From contig CAJINV010000003.1 of NCBI GenBank assembly GCA_905178155.1, positions 7,546,198-7,610,197 on the forward strand: a DNA stretch of 64,000 nt, in the 5' to 3' direction. Numbering within the stretch: the first letter of the stretch is position 1; the number at the start of each line of letters is the position of its first letter. Below are positions 46,673 through 59,217 of this stretch, piece by piece. The notes under the pieces are model-generated. The model was not told where the DNA came from. It ran no database searches and saw only the letters and a list, made by a program, of their open reading frames with translations. The DNA is from Amoebophrya sp. A120 (lineage: Eukaryota > Protista > Dinoflagellata). The translations under genes and the position numbers were made by a program.

Positions 46673-47224
46673 GGAGCAATCGACGCAGTCTGTGTAGTAC
46701 TCAAGAAAAATCAAGAGATCGAAACCAGCCGCACATTTTTATGATCTTTGGACAGAAAAAGTCCGCGCTCTGACACAGTAATGGATCCGATCGCGTTCGC
46801 GCCTCAGAAGCCGATAAAAACTTTACCGAGTTCGATCTTGCTTTTAAAATGATCAAGGAACTTTTGAAAAAAAGTTCAGTCCAAGCTCCCCATATGCAGC
46901 ACGGAGAACAAAAGCGCCAAATACCGCACTGGCCTCGCTTGCACGCAGTCCCCTTGCTCCGGGGGAGAAGCCAAAGAGCCGGTTGCTTTTTCCTTGTCTT
47001 GTAATATGCAACATTTTCTTTCGAACGCTCGGCTGCACCGGAAAAAAATGCGTCGTGTAGTCGCAGATCTTTGTGCCTCCTCTATTTGACCTCCGTCGTG
47101 TCGGTCCTTGTAATCTTCAAGTCCACGACCGTGGAAGGATCACCTCATACGGATGCCTTTGTCGACTCCGCCACATCCACAGCCTGCGACTTCGTGCGAG
47201 CGCGAACAACGACCACGACGGTGA

Positions 47225-49944
47225 CTAGAACACACCAAATAACATGTAATACGCAGCGTTGGATTTTTCCGTCGTAAACGTGACTACCAACTTGCCGCCC
47301 CCCACGTCAATGGCCTGCAGCTCCTTCATCCTGCCGTCTACGCCGGGAACCGGCTTTTCGCGGCACTGCGCCACGTCCACACTACCGCTTGTGAGGTCGA
47401 TCGGACAGAACTCGACGAAGCTCTGCTCCTCCCCCTCCGGCGCGTAGAACGCCATGAGAAGCGGCTCGTCCTGCTTCGAGTTCACCAGCGAAACGAATGG
47501 AACCTGGCCGGGTCGCTGTAACTGCTTCGTCGAAATCCACTTCAACTTCGGCTCGGTTTTCGCCTTCGGGTTTACCTCGAGAGTCTTAAAGACACTTACG
47601 CCTGAGGAAGACACGCCTAGCCCGAGGCAAGCGATCTTACCTGACAACGAAGCTAGATCCCGCGTCCTGTCGTGTTCCGGGAGTCAATGTTGATGCAATC
47701 AAAACGGGCGGACATTCGAGAAGGTAGAAACGGAGGACTCTTTCAAAACCTAAGCATCTACACTTCTACACCACTCCTTTTCCGCGGAAAAAAATTATCA
47801 ATCCTCAAAAAATTTATTGTACAAAATTTTTTTCATGTCTTTCGGAAAGGCTGAAATAGCTGCAGGCAGGAAAGTCAGCGCTCCTTCTTCAACCATGCCA
47901 TACGTCACGACCGCGTCTTGCTGCACCGTGCCGCCGTTTTCTTCGTCCTCTCGCGGTGCTCGCGAAAACTCCAGGAGAAAACCGGTCGATGACATCTGCA
48001 ATTTTTGGTGCGCAATCACCCTACTCGTGTGCTGCCGTAGCGATTTGGAATCGCATAGAGTGAGGATATGCAGTCGCGCTTTAGCAAAGACAGAGTGGCA
48101 AAGGATGAGCCCGGAAAGTTCCAAGCAAAAACACACGCTCTCGTCGCCCGTGGTGCGCAGCAGCAGCACGCAATGACATTTGTTATCCTCGAAAAGTGAA
48201 AAATCTACTATCCAACCCGCGCTACTAACTTACCCTGGCAGTCCTCAAATCGCTAACTGCGGTATCGGAGAACTGCACGGGATCGGCTGTGGACGGGGTC
48301 ATCTTGAATCGCTCGAGGTCAAACGTCAACGCAGCCCCGGAAAATGTCCCTTCCGCAGCGGACCTTCTGTTGAACATCGCAATGTAGGAATTCTCTTCTG
48401 GAAATAACTGCCCGACAATCCGGCTGTTCGCTTGCTGCTCGCAAAACTTCACTGTCGGACTCCCTGTTTAAATTTTCATCAGACTTTTCAATTGAAATCA
48501 AGCAAGAGCAAAGATCTCGTACGGGCCACTACAACTTTTAGGAGAGGATTATCGTCTGTCAGTCGCAGTTTGTGGTTCTGCAGATTGATGATCTTGTTCA
48601 AATACACTGACTCCTACCCGTTGGGCAATTTTTGTGCATCAAAATGAGAACGCAACGCAATCACACAGGAAAAACCACATGAAATATTTTGGCATAAACA
48701 CGAGTACATTCCATGAATCCACGGCCCATGGAATCATCGATATCAGCGGACACGGCGAGGCAGTCTCCGTCGGCTTGGGCAGACCTGAAGGCAATGACGA
48801 TTTTTCCGTTGGTCCCGTCAGCGCCAGGCGCAGCGACGACGGAAGGGTCCCACGCTTGCACCTTCTCCTTCTTGTCGTTCACGGAGAACATCTCCGGGGT
48901 GCCCCACTCGAGGATGGTGCCCCTGATGGTGCCCAGCAGCAGGTACCCGCGATTGTTGCGGTCTGCGTTGCGATACACGACGAGAATCCGGTCGGCCCCA
49001 AGCGGAATCATGGAAAGGTCGAGGACCCGCTCGTCCAAGCCATTTAAACCGTCGGTGAGCAATTTTTTCGGAAGATACGTCGGCGGCTCGCTGCACTTCA
49101 ATCCGTCGCCGAAGTATCCGGGCTGGCACAAGCACTGAGCTCCCTGCGTCGTTTGGGTACAAACGGCGTGAAGTCCGCATTTTACGTTGCCGCATTGCTG
49201 CCCATTTCCGTTCACGCCAACCACCTTCAGGAGGGCGTCCGTCACTTGCAGCAACTCTTGCATCGCAACAACCAGTTCTATCAGCGCCAATTTACTTTCT
49301 GGAACCGCTTGCGCTTTTGCTCGTGCCAGCTCGGGCTAACTAGCACCACCTTGCAGCAGTTCGCGTAGCCGCGGCTACCTCTCTTCGCATGCAATGTCAA
49401 GAATGCTAATGGTAATGGTAATACTTCTGAATCTGCATCCGTGTTCTGCTGCCGCGGATAATAAAAAAAAAGCAAGCGAGTGCCGAGACGCGGGAAATGC
49501 GTTCGTTCTATTTCAACTTTTTCTACTCCAAAGGTATATGGAAGCTGTACACGATCGCTCGCGTTGTGCCTCGCATTCATTGCTACCAGAAAGAGTTTTC
49601 CGATTGCTTACTGATTGTGCCTGGAGCTGCTTGGTGATATCGTAGAATTTGGCAGCTTGTGTCATCGTGTACTCGGTGTCAGCATTTTCGTCTGCCGCTG
49701 TGGCTTCTTGCGCGATCACGGGCTGCTGTGCCTGCGCTTCACTCAGCTGGCTCTCGAACGCCCCGCGGTGCTCCGACAAGTACTTCGTCAAATACTGCAT
49801 CCGCGTACCAGCTCCTTTGAAGCCACCATCCTGTCTTCGCAGCACTACCGAAGCTGTGCTGCGAGCAAGAAGCAGCGAGGCCCATAGAACAAAGGCAGCG
49901 CCTTGGAGAACGCATGCCTTCGCTAGGGACATTGTTGTACGCAT
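47225..49944 (-). CDS. Secreted multi-exon protein with an EGF-like domain (3' end unresolved)
   Basis: Signal peptide, coiled-coil segment, CGNVKCGLHAVCTQTTQGAQCLCQPGYFGDGLKC, followed by beta-rich segments. Confidence 0.7.
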
Positions 49945-50376
49945 ACTGCTACCAACGACACAAGCGCTACGTTGTTCAGCACCTCACGGCGTGCGCTCCG
50001 ACAGCAGACGCCTAGCCCACTGCCCTCCTAGTACCGGCCTTCTAGTCATTATCATGTTGCTTCATGCCTGTCCCGCCTTCACCTATCATTGCGCTTGTTT
50101 TTACCAACACGTGATGAAACAGGAGAGCTTCACTACTTGCAGATTTCTACGGACTCATCAGAGAGGCAGTTTGCCCACGATTTTTTGCTGTCTCACTTCC
50201 TCTTCGCGCATGGATCACTGTCCTTCGCTTCATCTCTCAGAAGAGGTTCTCATGGCTCAACCGCACAGGCGCACCTGCATGCCCTACAATAGCATTCGCA
50301 ACTCTTCATTTCCGTGCGCACGGCCAGATATTTTCTGTGATAAATAAAAACGAATCAAGGAAGCAGAATGTAGAAC

Positions 50377-51579
50377 CTATCTTTGTGGAAAGGCATTGCC
50401 GAACGCACTCAGACTACTGTCGTCGGACGCGAGCGCGACGTTCTCAGGTTTGTATGCTGCAACATCTCGCCAAGACGCAGGTCGCAGTGCCTCACTGCAT
50501 GTAACCAACGCTGTTTGCATGTCTGCAAGTTCGGAGAAGTTCAGCGCAAAAGCTGCATAAATCTCTTGAATTTCGTCCTGTTCATCGCGAGAGAAAAAGA
50601 CCACTTTCAAAAGCACTTCTTTTTTCAATCGCTCGAGAAGCTCCACGGCACGCACTTTCTTCGCTCGCAAGTCCCGCAAGATTTGAAGTACTGAACCACT
50701 CGAAAGCCCCACCTTGTCCGCCTCTTCAATAATGCGCTGCGCAGCGTTTTGGTTCCAGTGTCGGGGGCATATCTGCGATGCGGCAACTCGTACAAATGGC
50801 TCCTTTTTCTCGAAGAGTGCGCGTGTCGAGCCCGCTCCCTCTGCGTATGCTCCGCCATCGCTGAAAACCGAAGATGCTCTCGCCTTTCCTTCACTTGTAC
50901 TACTCGCATCCACTCCACGCATGGGTTGATCTCCTTCTGGGGGCCACAAGAAACTCTTTCTGCCCGGCGTTGCATTCCAGGACATTCGCGCGACTGCATC
51001 TGCCGCCTCGAATTGCTCACGAACCCAATCTTCCTGAAACCGCACAGGGCGGCCTGAAAGCTGCGACAGCTCCTCCTGCTCTGCTTCGGGATCCGCCTCC
51101 CTGCCACATCTCGGTGTTGCACCAACGTCCTCCCGAAACCAACCTGCGTCGTGCAAATTATGACATTTCGACCGCGAAAATAGCGGTTCGTCACGCCGAT
51201 TGTTTCCTGCAAGGGTGCGTAGCCCTTTCCGACTTCGCTTTTCTCGCGTCGAACGTTCATTGTTAGCCATGCAGTACGAGTTTGGGTCTTTGGCAGGCTC
51301 GGGTTGTGGGTCTGCAAAAAGATTGACATGATCACACCCAGGCGAAGGCTTTGCGGAGGGCGCTCGCAATTTCCTATCCATGCCGCGGTAAGCAAACACA
51401 GCACCATGCTCGGACATTGCGGAGCTCATTTCGCGCCTCTGGTGCTGGGAAATAGTCCAGAAGCTCGGTAGAGACGTAGGTGCTTTTGACGACGGAACCT
51501 GCCTGGCTAATTTGGTAAAGCGGCAGCCAAAATCCACCCATCGCAGGCGCTGCGTGCCTTCGTTCATCGTGCAGGCCAA
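50377..51579 (-). CDS. Hypothetical protein (~350-400 aa)
   Basis: Long ORF on the same strand as neighbours with a helical C-terminal region; start codon uncertain; no family recognised. Confidence 0.55.
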   Translation of the reverse strand: MACTMNEGTQRLRWVDFGCRFTKLARQVPSSKAPTSLPSFWTISQHQRREMSSAMSEHGAVFAYRGMDRKLRAPSAKPSPGCDHVNLFADPQPEPAKDPNSYCMANNERSTREKRSRKGLRTLAGNNRRDEPLFSRSKCHNLHDAGWFREDVGATPRCGREADPEAEQEELSQLSGRPVRFQEDWVREQFEAADAVARMSWNATPGRKSFLWPPEGDQPMRGVDASSTSEGKARASSVFSDGGAYAEGAGSTRALFEKKEPFVRVAASQICPRHWNQNAAQRIIEEADKVGLSSGSVLQILRDLRAKKVRAVELLERLKKEVLLKVVFFSRDEQDEIQEIYAAFALNFSELADMQTALVTCSEALRPASWRDVAAYKPENVALASDDSSLSAFGNAFPQR

Positions 51580-52146
51580 GACCGGTCAGACCAAGCGAGA
51601 AAACCCACAGCCACCTTGTATTTACTCGGAGACCAAAAGCGCACACGAAACCGGGGCTATGCGGCCCACAATAACTTTCTTGGGGGGCACGACATACTTG
51701 TATTCGCTTCTGTTTTTTTGTCACACACCTCGCATAGACTGGGGGAGAATACAACCTAGAATGACACAAGAAGAGCAACGATTCATTTGATATCGCAAAA
51801 ATTAGACATGACGAACCCTGTGAAACCGCTTTACGACACACAAGCGAGCCCGCCTTGTCGTTGGCGCCACAAAAACATCAGCAGGAAACAATTACCACCA
51901 GAAGGAAACGTGTATAGTTCTATGACTTCTATTCGGAGAAATGACCGGACGGTAAAAATAGCAAAACGCGCAAAAACACTGCGAACGTGACTGTACGGAG
52001 GGCATCAGGTGGGGCCGCCCAACTGCGAGTTGTTCATCAGAACGAAAACGAAGAATCTACTCACGACAATTAGAATTATTGGCCGAGGCACACATACCCC
52101 ATAATTATTTCGTTCCTCCAGATGTCGTCCTCGTTGTTCTTAAAAA

Positions 52147-53718
52147 TCATCCCGCGCACACTTGTCGCAGAGCTCTCCATGAGAGTAGGTGCAATGTCAA
52201 TACGACGGAGAACACTACCAACTCTGCAAACGCAGCCGCAGGAGAGCTCGCTTTCGTCGGCTCTGCCGCGGGCTCCGAAGCACTTATCTGGGGCCCTCGC
52301 GCATTCGCAGAAGACACGTCAACCACAGGTTGTCGCCCGGCCGCGCCGGAGCTGCTCACCGAGTTCATCGCTTTGGAGACGGCGGCTGCAGCGCTTTGCA
52401 CCACCGCAGATGTTGACCCCACGCCGGGAGCCGGAAGTTGTACACTGCCACTCGTGCTCGGGTCCACAATGGTGCGGTCCCCAAACCGCAACAGCCCGCC
52501 CTGGAGGTAACACGCAGACCGCGGCGCCTCCGCGCAGATCGTCTCGTCTACTTGCCGCGAAGCCGCTGCGACTTGCTGCCCGGTGGAACCGCTGAGACGC
52601 GCGGTGGAATTCGCTTTCGCCCGGCCGCTCCTGTCTGTCCCACAGAGGTCCTCGGCGGATTTGAGCTCCAGCACGTAGATCTTGTTCCAGAGCTTGCCGG
52701 CCATGAGAAGTTTCAGGGCGCCGTACTCCCAGTTGTACGCTATCCCATTCGGAGTGCTGTCACCGAACCATTTGTGGACGCGAAGGTCGATGTACCGATC
52801 GATGCGTCCGGTCCAGGGGTTCAGCCGCCCCACGCGGTTGGTGAGCCAGATGTTCACCCAGATCGTGCTTGGGGCCACGAACTCGATCTCGTTCAACATT
52901 TTCACGGGCTTCCTTGTCGTCGCGTCTACGACCCGCACTTTCCGGAGCAGTTTTCCCTCTGCGTCCAGATGGTAAAGGTGCGCGTCCCCGGTGGTAGCGA
53001 ACAGACGACAACCGTCTGTGGTCAGCCCCCAGCCCTGGCCGTGCGGAAAAGGCACCGCTCTCTGGAACCGCCACGTCTTCTTGTCGTAGATGTGCATTTC
53101 CCGCTGCTGGTAGGTCAGGGAGTAGGTGCGGTTGCCCAGGTCCACCGTCCCTTCGGAAAACACGCGGGGGACGCGGATGGACTTGCTTACCTTCAACTGC
53201 GAGGGGGCCTGGAAATTCAGCTCCTTCAGCTCGGACCGACCGGTCAACCCACAGGACTCAACCAAAGTACCCGCATCGCGAAAATACAGCCCCTCCAAAA
53301 AGCAGTCCGAGTCGGGCTTCTTGATCTCGGTCTGGGATGCGATTTGTAAAACTTTGGTTCTTGCAGAACTTGCTAACCTAGTCGTCGAACTGGCTGCGAA
53401 TCGCTCCGCTTGTTGCGTGGGCGAAGAGGCGGGAGATCTTTCTTCTCGGCTTCTCTTGTCCCAAACCTCTGACGTCGATACGGGCAGAGTCCTTCGAATC
53501 ACGTTGCTGCTGCGACTGGTGCGCGAATAGAAGTTGTCATTCTGTTGTTCTGGTACGGCGGGTCCACCGCAACACAGCAAAACAATCACGGATGCTGTAC
53601 CCCCACCGCACAACAGATAGGCAGAGGCTTTTTTCCCGCACCAAAGAGAAACCGACCTGCTGTCGGGAGCCATTTCCAACTGTTGGGGACCACGTGCGGA
53701 TAGGCCCACCGGTGCCAT
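52147..53718 (-). CDS. Glutaminyl-peptide cyclotransferase (plant/bacterial beta-propeller type), intronless
   Basis: FLEGL, ESCGLTGRS, FSEG, LTYQ, GWGLTTDG, LNEIEFV, VNIW, NGIAY and GKLW motifs; N-terminal hydrophobic anchor and hydrophobic C-terminal tail. Confidence 0.9.
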   Translation of the reverse strand: MAPVGLSARGPQQLEMAPDSRSVSLWCGKKASAYLLCGGGTASVIVLLCCGGPAVPEQQNDNFYSRTSRSSNVIRRTLPVSTSEVWDKRSREERSPASSPTQQAERFAASSTTRLASSARTKVLQIASQTEIKKPDSDCFLEGLYFRDAGTLVESCGLTGRSELKELNFQAPSQLKVSKSIRVPRVFSEGTVDLGNRTYSLTYQQREMHIYDKKTWRFQRAVPFPHGQGWGLTTDGCRLFATTGDAHLYHLDAEGKLLRKVRVVDATTRKPVKMLNEIEFVAPSTIWVNIWLTNRVGRLNPWTGRIDRYIDLRVHKWFGDSTPNGIAYNWEYGALKLLMAGKLWNKIYVLELKSAEDLCGTDRSGRAKANSTARLSGSTGQQVAAASRQVDETICAEAPRSACYLQGGLLRFGDRTIVDPSTSGSVQLPAPGVGSTSAVVQSAAAAVSKAMNSVSSSGAAGRQPVVDVSSANARGPQISASEPAAEPTKASSPAAAFAELVVFSVVLTLHLLSWRALRQVCAG

Positions 53719-54417
53719 CTCGAGTATGCAAGAACCAACTTCCTGCTAACGCTGAGAGCGCGACACGGGGTAGCGCACAAGTAGAACGAGCATGAGCTAA
53801 CCAGAGGTCGAAGTCCGCAGACCATTTGCAACTTTTGGACTCTGCCTAATACGGCTTCGAGTTCGATGAACGCAGAGGCAGACCACCGCCACCATTAAGA
53901 GCATTTATACTTATTCTCGGGGAGAAAACAAAGGCATGAGCCTGAACTAGAACTCCCGATCAAAAACATAAACATTGACATTCAGGATCTTCTTTATTCT
54001 TCTTGACGCAGCTTCACGATAAAGTTTTTCAAACCGAGACCAACCGATCGACAAACGATCTTGCTTTCGTGTTCCGTCGCATGAAAGGCACATGGCCGAC
54101 AACCAAGTCGATGCACGCTTGCGAGATGGCGATGTCGAAATGCCATGGCAGCTGTATGTTGCATCGCCGAACCTTCCGTTCGCCCATGTCAAAATTGTTA
54201 CATAAAACTCCTTGGTGTCCAACAAGACTGCTGGTGGAGCAGTTGTACAACAGACGGCACACAGCAGTCGCGCTCGCGATCGTTTTTCACTATATCGCCA
54301 AGGAAGAGGGACGGCTTTGGTGTTATCAACACGATTCTCGCAGTGCTTTCCCGGCACAAGGAAAGCTTTGACTATGGTGTGAAAAAATCTTACTGGTGAT
54401 GCTTCTACATTGATGTC

Positions 54418-55099
54418 TCATTTCAGTTTACTCAGATCGGCGGCACAGTCAGCGGGCGGTGTACCGGAAAACGAAGGCTCTTTCTGCAGGAAGACGTCAC
54501 AAGAATCAGCCCACACGAGCCCCATGCAATTGGAAATCCACCAGCTGGGGCCCCACATGGAAAAGTAACTGCTTTTTAGCGGGCGAACGATCAAGTCCAA
54601 CATCAGCAACCCCGTAAGTCCCCCGAATGCAAAAAGCCGCACCGCATCGCACTGGTACTTGAACTCCACATACCTAGGCAGTGGAATAGACAAGTTCCCC
54701 TATGATTGAGAATCCGAAAAACGCGGTTGCTCAACGAAATTAATCTAACTAAACAAACGAAGATGCAGGCATCGCAATTTCACCTCGCGCCGAATCAACA
54801 AGCAATTTGGAGGTAGGTACGTCATTGCCGGATGCGTGAAAAATCTCTGGGCGGCTTGCATGGAACTTGTGACATCGAGAATGTCCTTACCCCGCTTCGC
54901 AGTACCTGGACGGAGGAACAATTGTAGGTATACTTCATACATCCAAATAAATCGTCCCTCTTTTTCATTGCTGTGAGGTACTTACACTTCTAGTTCTGGC
55001 TTTCTTTGCTGAGATCCGCTATTGTAAGCAGGTATTACCCAGCGCTCGCGACTGGACTCGGGTGGCCTGCAGGGTTCTTCTTGTGAACGTCGAGAACAT
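54418..55099 (-). CDS. Small putative mitochondrial membrane protein, 3 exons
   Basis: Presequence-like MFSTFTRRTLQATRVQSRALG; GT-AG joins give FFTHPAMTYVEFKYQCDAVRLFAFGGLTGLLMLDLIV with one TM segment. Confidence 0.6.
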
Positions 55100-55690
55100 C
55101 CTTTCGAATGCTATTCTTCTTATTCGCTAAAGGCTGTACAGGTTGACAAGCAAAAACAAAAACGATTGCATCGCTTTACTTCCTCAGCTTTAGCTGGAAA
55201 AATCATTTCATTCGCGAAAAAAAACAATCCTTTTTCGGTAAAATAGCACAACAACAGCCTCCTAAAAACTCGGACTTCCAACCTCACTCGCTCCAGACAG
55301 TGACAGTCCCTCCCCTCCACTTCCCCTCTTTGAACACATCCTCGCTGCCTCTGTAGAAAAATCGCTTTACAATGGCGCAGCAACGCCCTGTTCATCAAAG
55401 ATGCATGCTGCGGTGCCACTGTGCATTATCTCGAGTTCATTTCGTGATTTCTTGGTTGTACTTGTAGTCAGCAGGGTTTTTCATTTGCACGGAGGGACGA
55501 AAAGGGCCTACCGTGTATTCACATGCCGTTCCGTCACATGGACATGAAGACAAGCGAGCACTGTATTCTCACACGTAGACAGGAATGCGCTGAAAAGGCG
55601 CTCCCGCAAATCAAAGCAAATCACCATCCACCTACAGACGGTAGTGGTCTTCTATGTATGAAGTAGGTCGTCACACACCCCGCCCTCGCC

Positions 55691-57728
55691 TTAGAGCGGA
55701 GCGCCTGCAGGGGACGACGCACTGGCCTCATCCAGACCACTTGCAGACGTGCCTAAAGGCCGGACCTCGCGACGTTCGGTGGCTATGCGATCGCCAGTGA
55801 GAAGAGGAAACTGTCCGTCCTCGGGCCGCGCCAACGTCTCTCTGCACACGGGGCAGTTTGATCCCCCGAAAGATGCCCACTTCTCCAGGCATTCGCGGTG
55901 GAAGACGTGCGTACATGGCGCTTCGCCAACCTCGTGTCCCGCCTCAAGTTCCTGCAAGCAAATGCTGCAGTTCTCACCGTGCGCAGGGTCGGACTCACTC
56001 AGCTTGTAGGTCACACACCGACTCAAAGTTTGGGCCACGCTCCGGGCGCTCCTTCCCCGCGTGTCGCCCCGGAGTATTTGTCGCCGAAAGACGTGCAGCA
56101 CAACTGATTTGATTGTATCTTGGTTAGATATTACGCACTGGCAGGTACAAAACCACAGAAACGTAAACCTCGTGATGTTGCATTGTTCATCTACGAAAAA
56201 AAGACAATGTGAGGCGAGTTTCTTCGACAGTCTAAAAAAATGGAAGACAAAAAGTACACGGCGCACAACACGGGAGACAGGGAAGGCAACCGCAAATCGC
56301 AATGAGCAGAAGGGCGGGCACGAGGATTTGGAGGACGACGAGACCGGACACGATGTAGAATAGTAGCCAGGGCACAACGCCACGTCCTGGCAGCTCGTCG
56401 TCGTAGACTTGCCACGGCATCCACCTCGAAAAGACCACTGCAGTCGCCACGTACGCCACAAAAAAAAACCAACTTAGGCTGCAGAAACTGAGGAGGTTCA
56501 CACGGTTAATGTTGTGCAAAAGCCTTGCTTTGCAGAGAGACACCAGTCCCATAAAGGCCGACAAGAAGAACACGAGGAGCACGTGCCGGAGGTAGAAGTT
56601 CTGCAGGGGCCCGAGAAGTAAGTAGGCGGGCCCAGTCACGGGCGTTTCAGGCCGAATCAGGTGGAGATAACAAACGTCTCTTGTGCTTTGCTTCAGCGTA
56701 GTAGGAGCTGTCCGTGCTTTCGCAGCTGATAGCAGGGCGTCAGACTCTTCTTTCGAGAGACTGCGGGGCGGCTCCGCAATCAGCTGCGGCTTGCCGTGAC
56801 TGAAAGCTGTACTTCCTGGTGGTGCGGCTCCCAAGGTGGCCGAGGAAGCATATTCCCACATGCTCTCTGCATGTGGGACATCACCACCATCGTCCTGGCG
56901 AAGGCGCGCTGGTGCAGCGGAAAGACGGCGAGAGGAAGCGTCTGCACGGTCAGGCTTCGTCCGCTCTTCCGCTGTCGTAATCCCAAGTTTCCGCCACACA
57001 TCACCTACTCCACCTCTCTGCGACGAGGTGGATGCGGGTGGGCGAGCATCATTTACGCCCTGGCCTTGCAACTGAAATACGGCTGGATTCAGGGGTATGC
57101 GTCCAATCGCATAAAAGTCCGCGAGGCTGCTCGCAGATCTAGATCCGGCAGCTGCTCGACGCAGGTTCGCACTGGTGCCGCCGCCTGCTTCGACCTGGTT
57201 CTCTACCGCAGCTGCCGCCTTTTGCAGGGACAACAGGCCCTGCGCTGCGGAAGCTGGCAACGGGGGCGGCGTCGTGTTGGGATCGAACGGCACCAAGCAT
57301 TTGTCCGCCGGAAATTCCCACCAGAGGATGAAACACCAGACAAAAAAGAAGCTGTACGTCAGGGCACCCATGTTATCAAGTGTAAAAATGTCTGGGTCTG
57401 GAAGAGTGCGAACTTGTCATGCAGATTTTACATGGCCCGTGACGTCTGCGATGTATTCCCTGGCATCACAGATTTTCTGGGTGCTTCTTGATGCCTATTC
57501 CGCATGACAAATGGCCTCCCCGCGTAGCAGAAACTGGGCTCCTCTTGCTGGTCATGCAATACAGATTTTTCTAGAGTCCAAAATTAGCATGACAAACTTG
57601 CATTCTTCCAGACCCAGACATTTTTACATTTGATACATGTGCTGCGGCTGCAACTCGCATATCTGTTCTGGCTGATTCAATGGTGGCAGAGGTTCCGCCC
57701 TCCTCAAACCGGAAGACCAAGAGGACAT
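55691..57728 (-). CDS. Multi-pass membrane RING-H2 E3 ubiquitin ligase
   Basis: CSICLQEL...PCTHVFHRECLEKW...CPVCR and several TM helices upstream. The first intron is element 57374-57635. Confidence 0.8.
57374..57635. mobile_element. Introner element, family C (262 bp)
   Basis: TSD CATGT (57369-57373, 57636-57640), about 50-bp TIR matching 18967-19544. Removal gives LQPQHM-GALTY in frame from ATG 57728. Confidence 0.9.
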
Positions 57729-58644
57729 CGTGGCCCCTTGCACTAGACCCAGACAGATCTACCGGTGGCGATGCTCCAGGCCCAGTCAGCTATCTGGCTG
57801 TCCACAGAATTCAGCGGAGGTTGCGCACCGAAAGAATTTTCACACGTCGTGGCCCTTCCTGTCGCCTATCCCGATGGTACCCGTACCTCTCCAAACATCG
57901 ATCACTGACGAAATAAGCACTTCCAGAAGACTGGCCGACCAAAACTACACCACAAAGCCATAATGTAAGCCACACTGGTGAATGAGATAACAACACGCAT
58001 GAATGTTCTATACTAAGTGTCGGTATGTGTAGCCTATCCGTATGCTTGGCTAATCTGTGCAGGCAAAATCGCCCCTAAAAAGCTACTAAAAATCTAACGC
58101 GCCTGCTAGGTGAAATTCGAATTGAATGAGCCGGCTGGAGCGTTCAGTATGTGTATGGAAACACTAATGATCGGGGGAAGAAGTACTTTGCTTCGCGGTA
58201 GAGTCACCTGCTATTTTGTACTTTCAAAAAACATTTGGTGTTTACTACGTCGATTGGCACAACGTACTACTCATTATACCCTCATTTGTATTCTGCTCAT
58301 TCATTGACCGGCTCGCTCGTAGAATCCCTCAAAAGACAAGAAAACGTGTCTGAGCAAGTGGTTACCGATGCCGATGCGTCCAAGGTTGCCCTGCAAGCGC
58401 AGCTCGCTTTTTACCAGGGACACGAACACACTAAATCCTAACGTATAGAAAAAATGTTGTTCGTACCACAAACAACTACTCACGCCACTCACAAAGTTCC
58501 AAAATCAGCTTTATTCTCGAAGAAGACCGTCTGTTTCTGTGCGGTCTGCATCTACTTGAGTAGTTTGTCTCTTTGTTTTTGCTGAGCATCAAATATCAAC
58601 ATGCTTTGTTTGCAACCTCCGCCAATCTGACCCACTTCAGCTAT

Positions 58645-59217
58645 TTACTGTGCACAAGCTTCCAGGTCCACCGGAAGTGCCTGTTCGGCTGCCTCCAGAA
58701 AATCCAGCATGCTCTTCTTCGCTTGCGCCAACTCCCGCTCCCCTTGCTCCATCCGGTGATGCAGCATTGCGAGCTTCTCGCTCGGCGTCTCATCCTGTTT
58801 TCGCCTTGAGGCGACAGACACGTTTTGCGCGCGCGCCTGCGCCCTGACCGCAGCAAGCGCACGGCGCTCATGCGGTTCGAACAGGTCCGAAACCCGTTGC
58901 AATCGCTTCCGCAGGTCATCGGTCCAAACCTGGATGTTCCGTCTGGCGGACCCCTTAACATTGAGGTCCGGGAACGACTCTTCACCTGCTAATGCTGCGC
59001 CGGACCTCGACGACCGCGAGGAGGAAAGAAACTTCTTCGACGGCGAAATACTAGGAACTTGCGATTGCCGTCGCAAATTAGACGAGGGACGTTGCCTGCC
59101 TGACGAAGCACTTCCGTCCCTCCTGGAAGCAAGAGCACGATTCTCCAAGCGAGAACCACGACCTGACGCCGGCTCCGCAGGCTGTAACCGGCTAGTTGAT
59201 GACGTTCGACGCTGCAT
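58645..59217 (-). CDS. Hypothetical Ser/Arg-rich coiled-coil protein (further 3' exons likely)
   Basis: 190-aa ATG-initiated ORF with heptad-like C-terminal half. Confidence 0.5.
   Translation of the reverse strand: MQRRTSSTSRLQPAEPASGRGSRLENRALASRRDGSASSGRQRPSSNLRRQSQVPSISPSKKFLSSSRSSRSGAALAGEESFPDLNVKGSARRNIQVWTDDLRKRLQRVSDLFEPHERRALAAVRAQARAQNVSVASRRKQDETPSEKLAMLHHRMEQGERELAQAKKSMLDFLEAAEQALPVDLEACAQ

Noticed and set aside
56130-56262. Possible non-canonical intron in the RING-H2 gene (sense CCGTG/CAGTG flanks)
   Set aside because: No TIR or ATA end, and an alternative canonical GT-AG solution exists; cannot decide without RNA.
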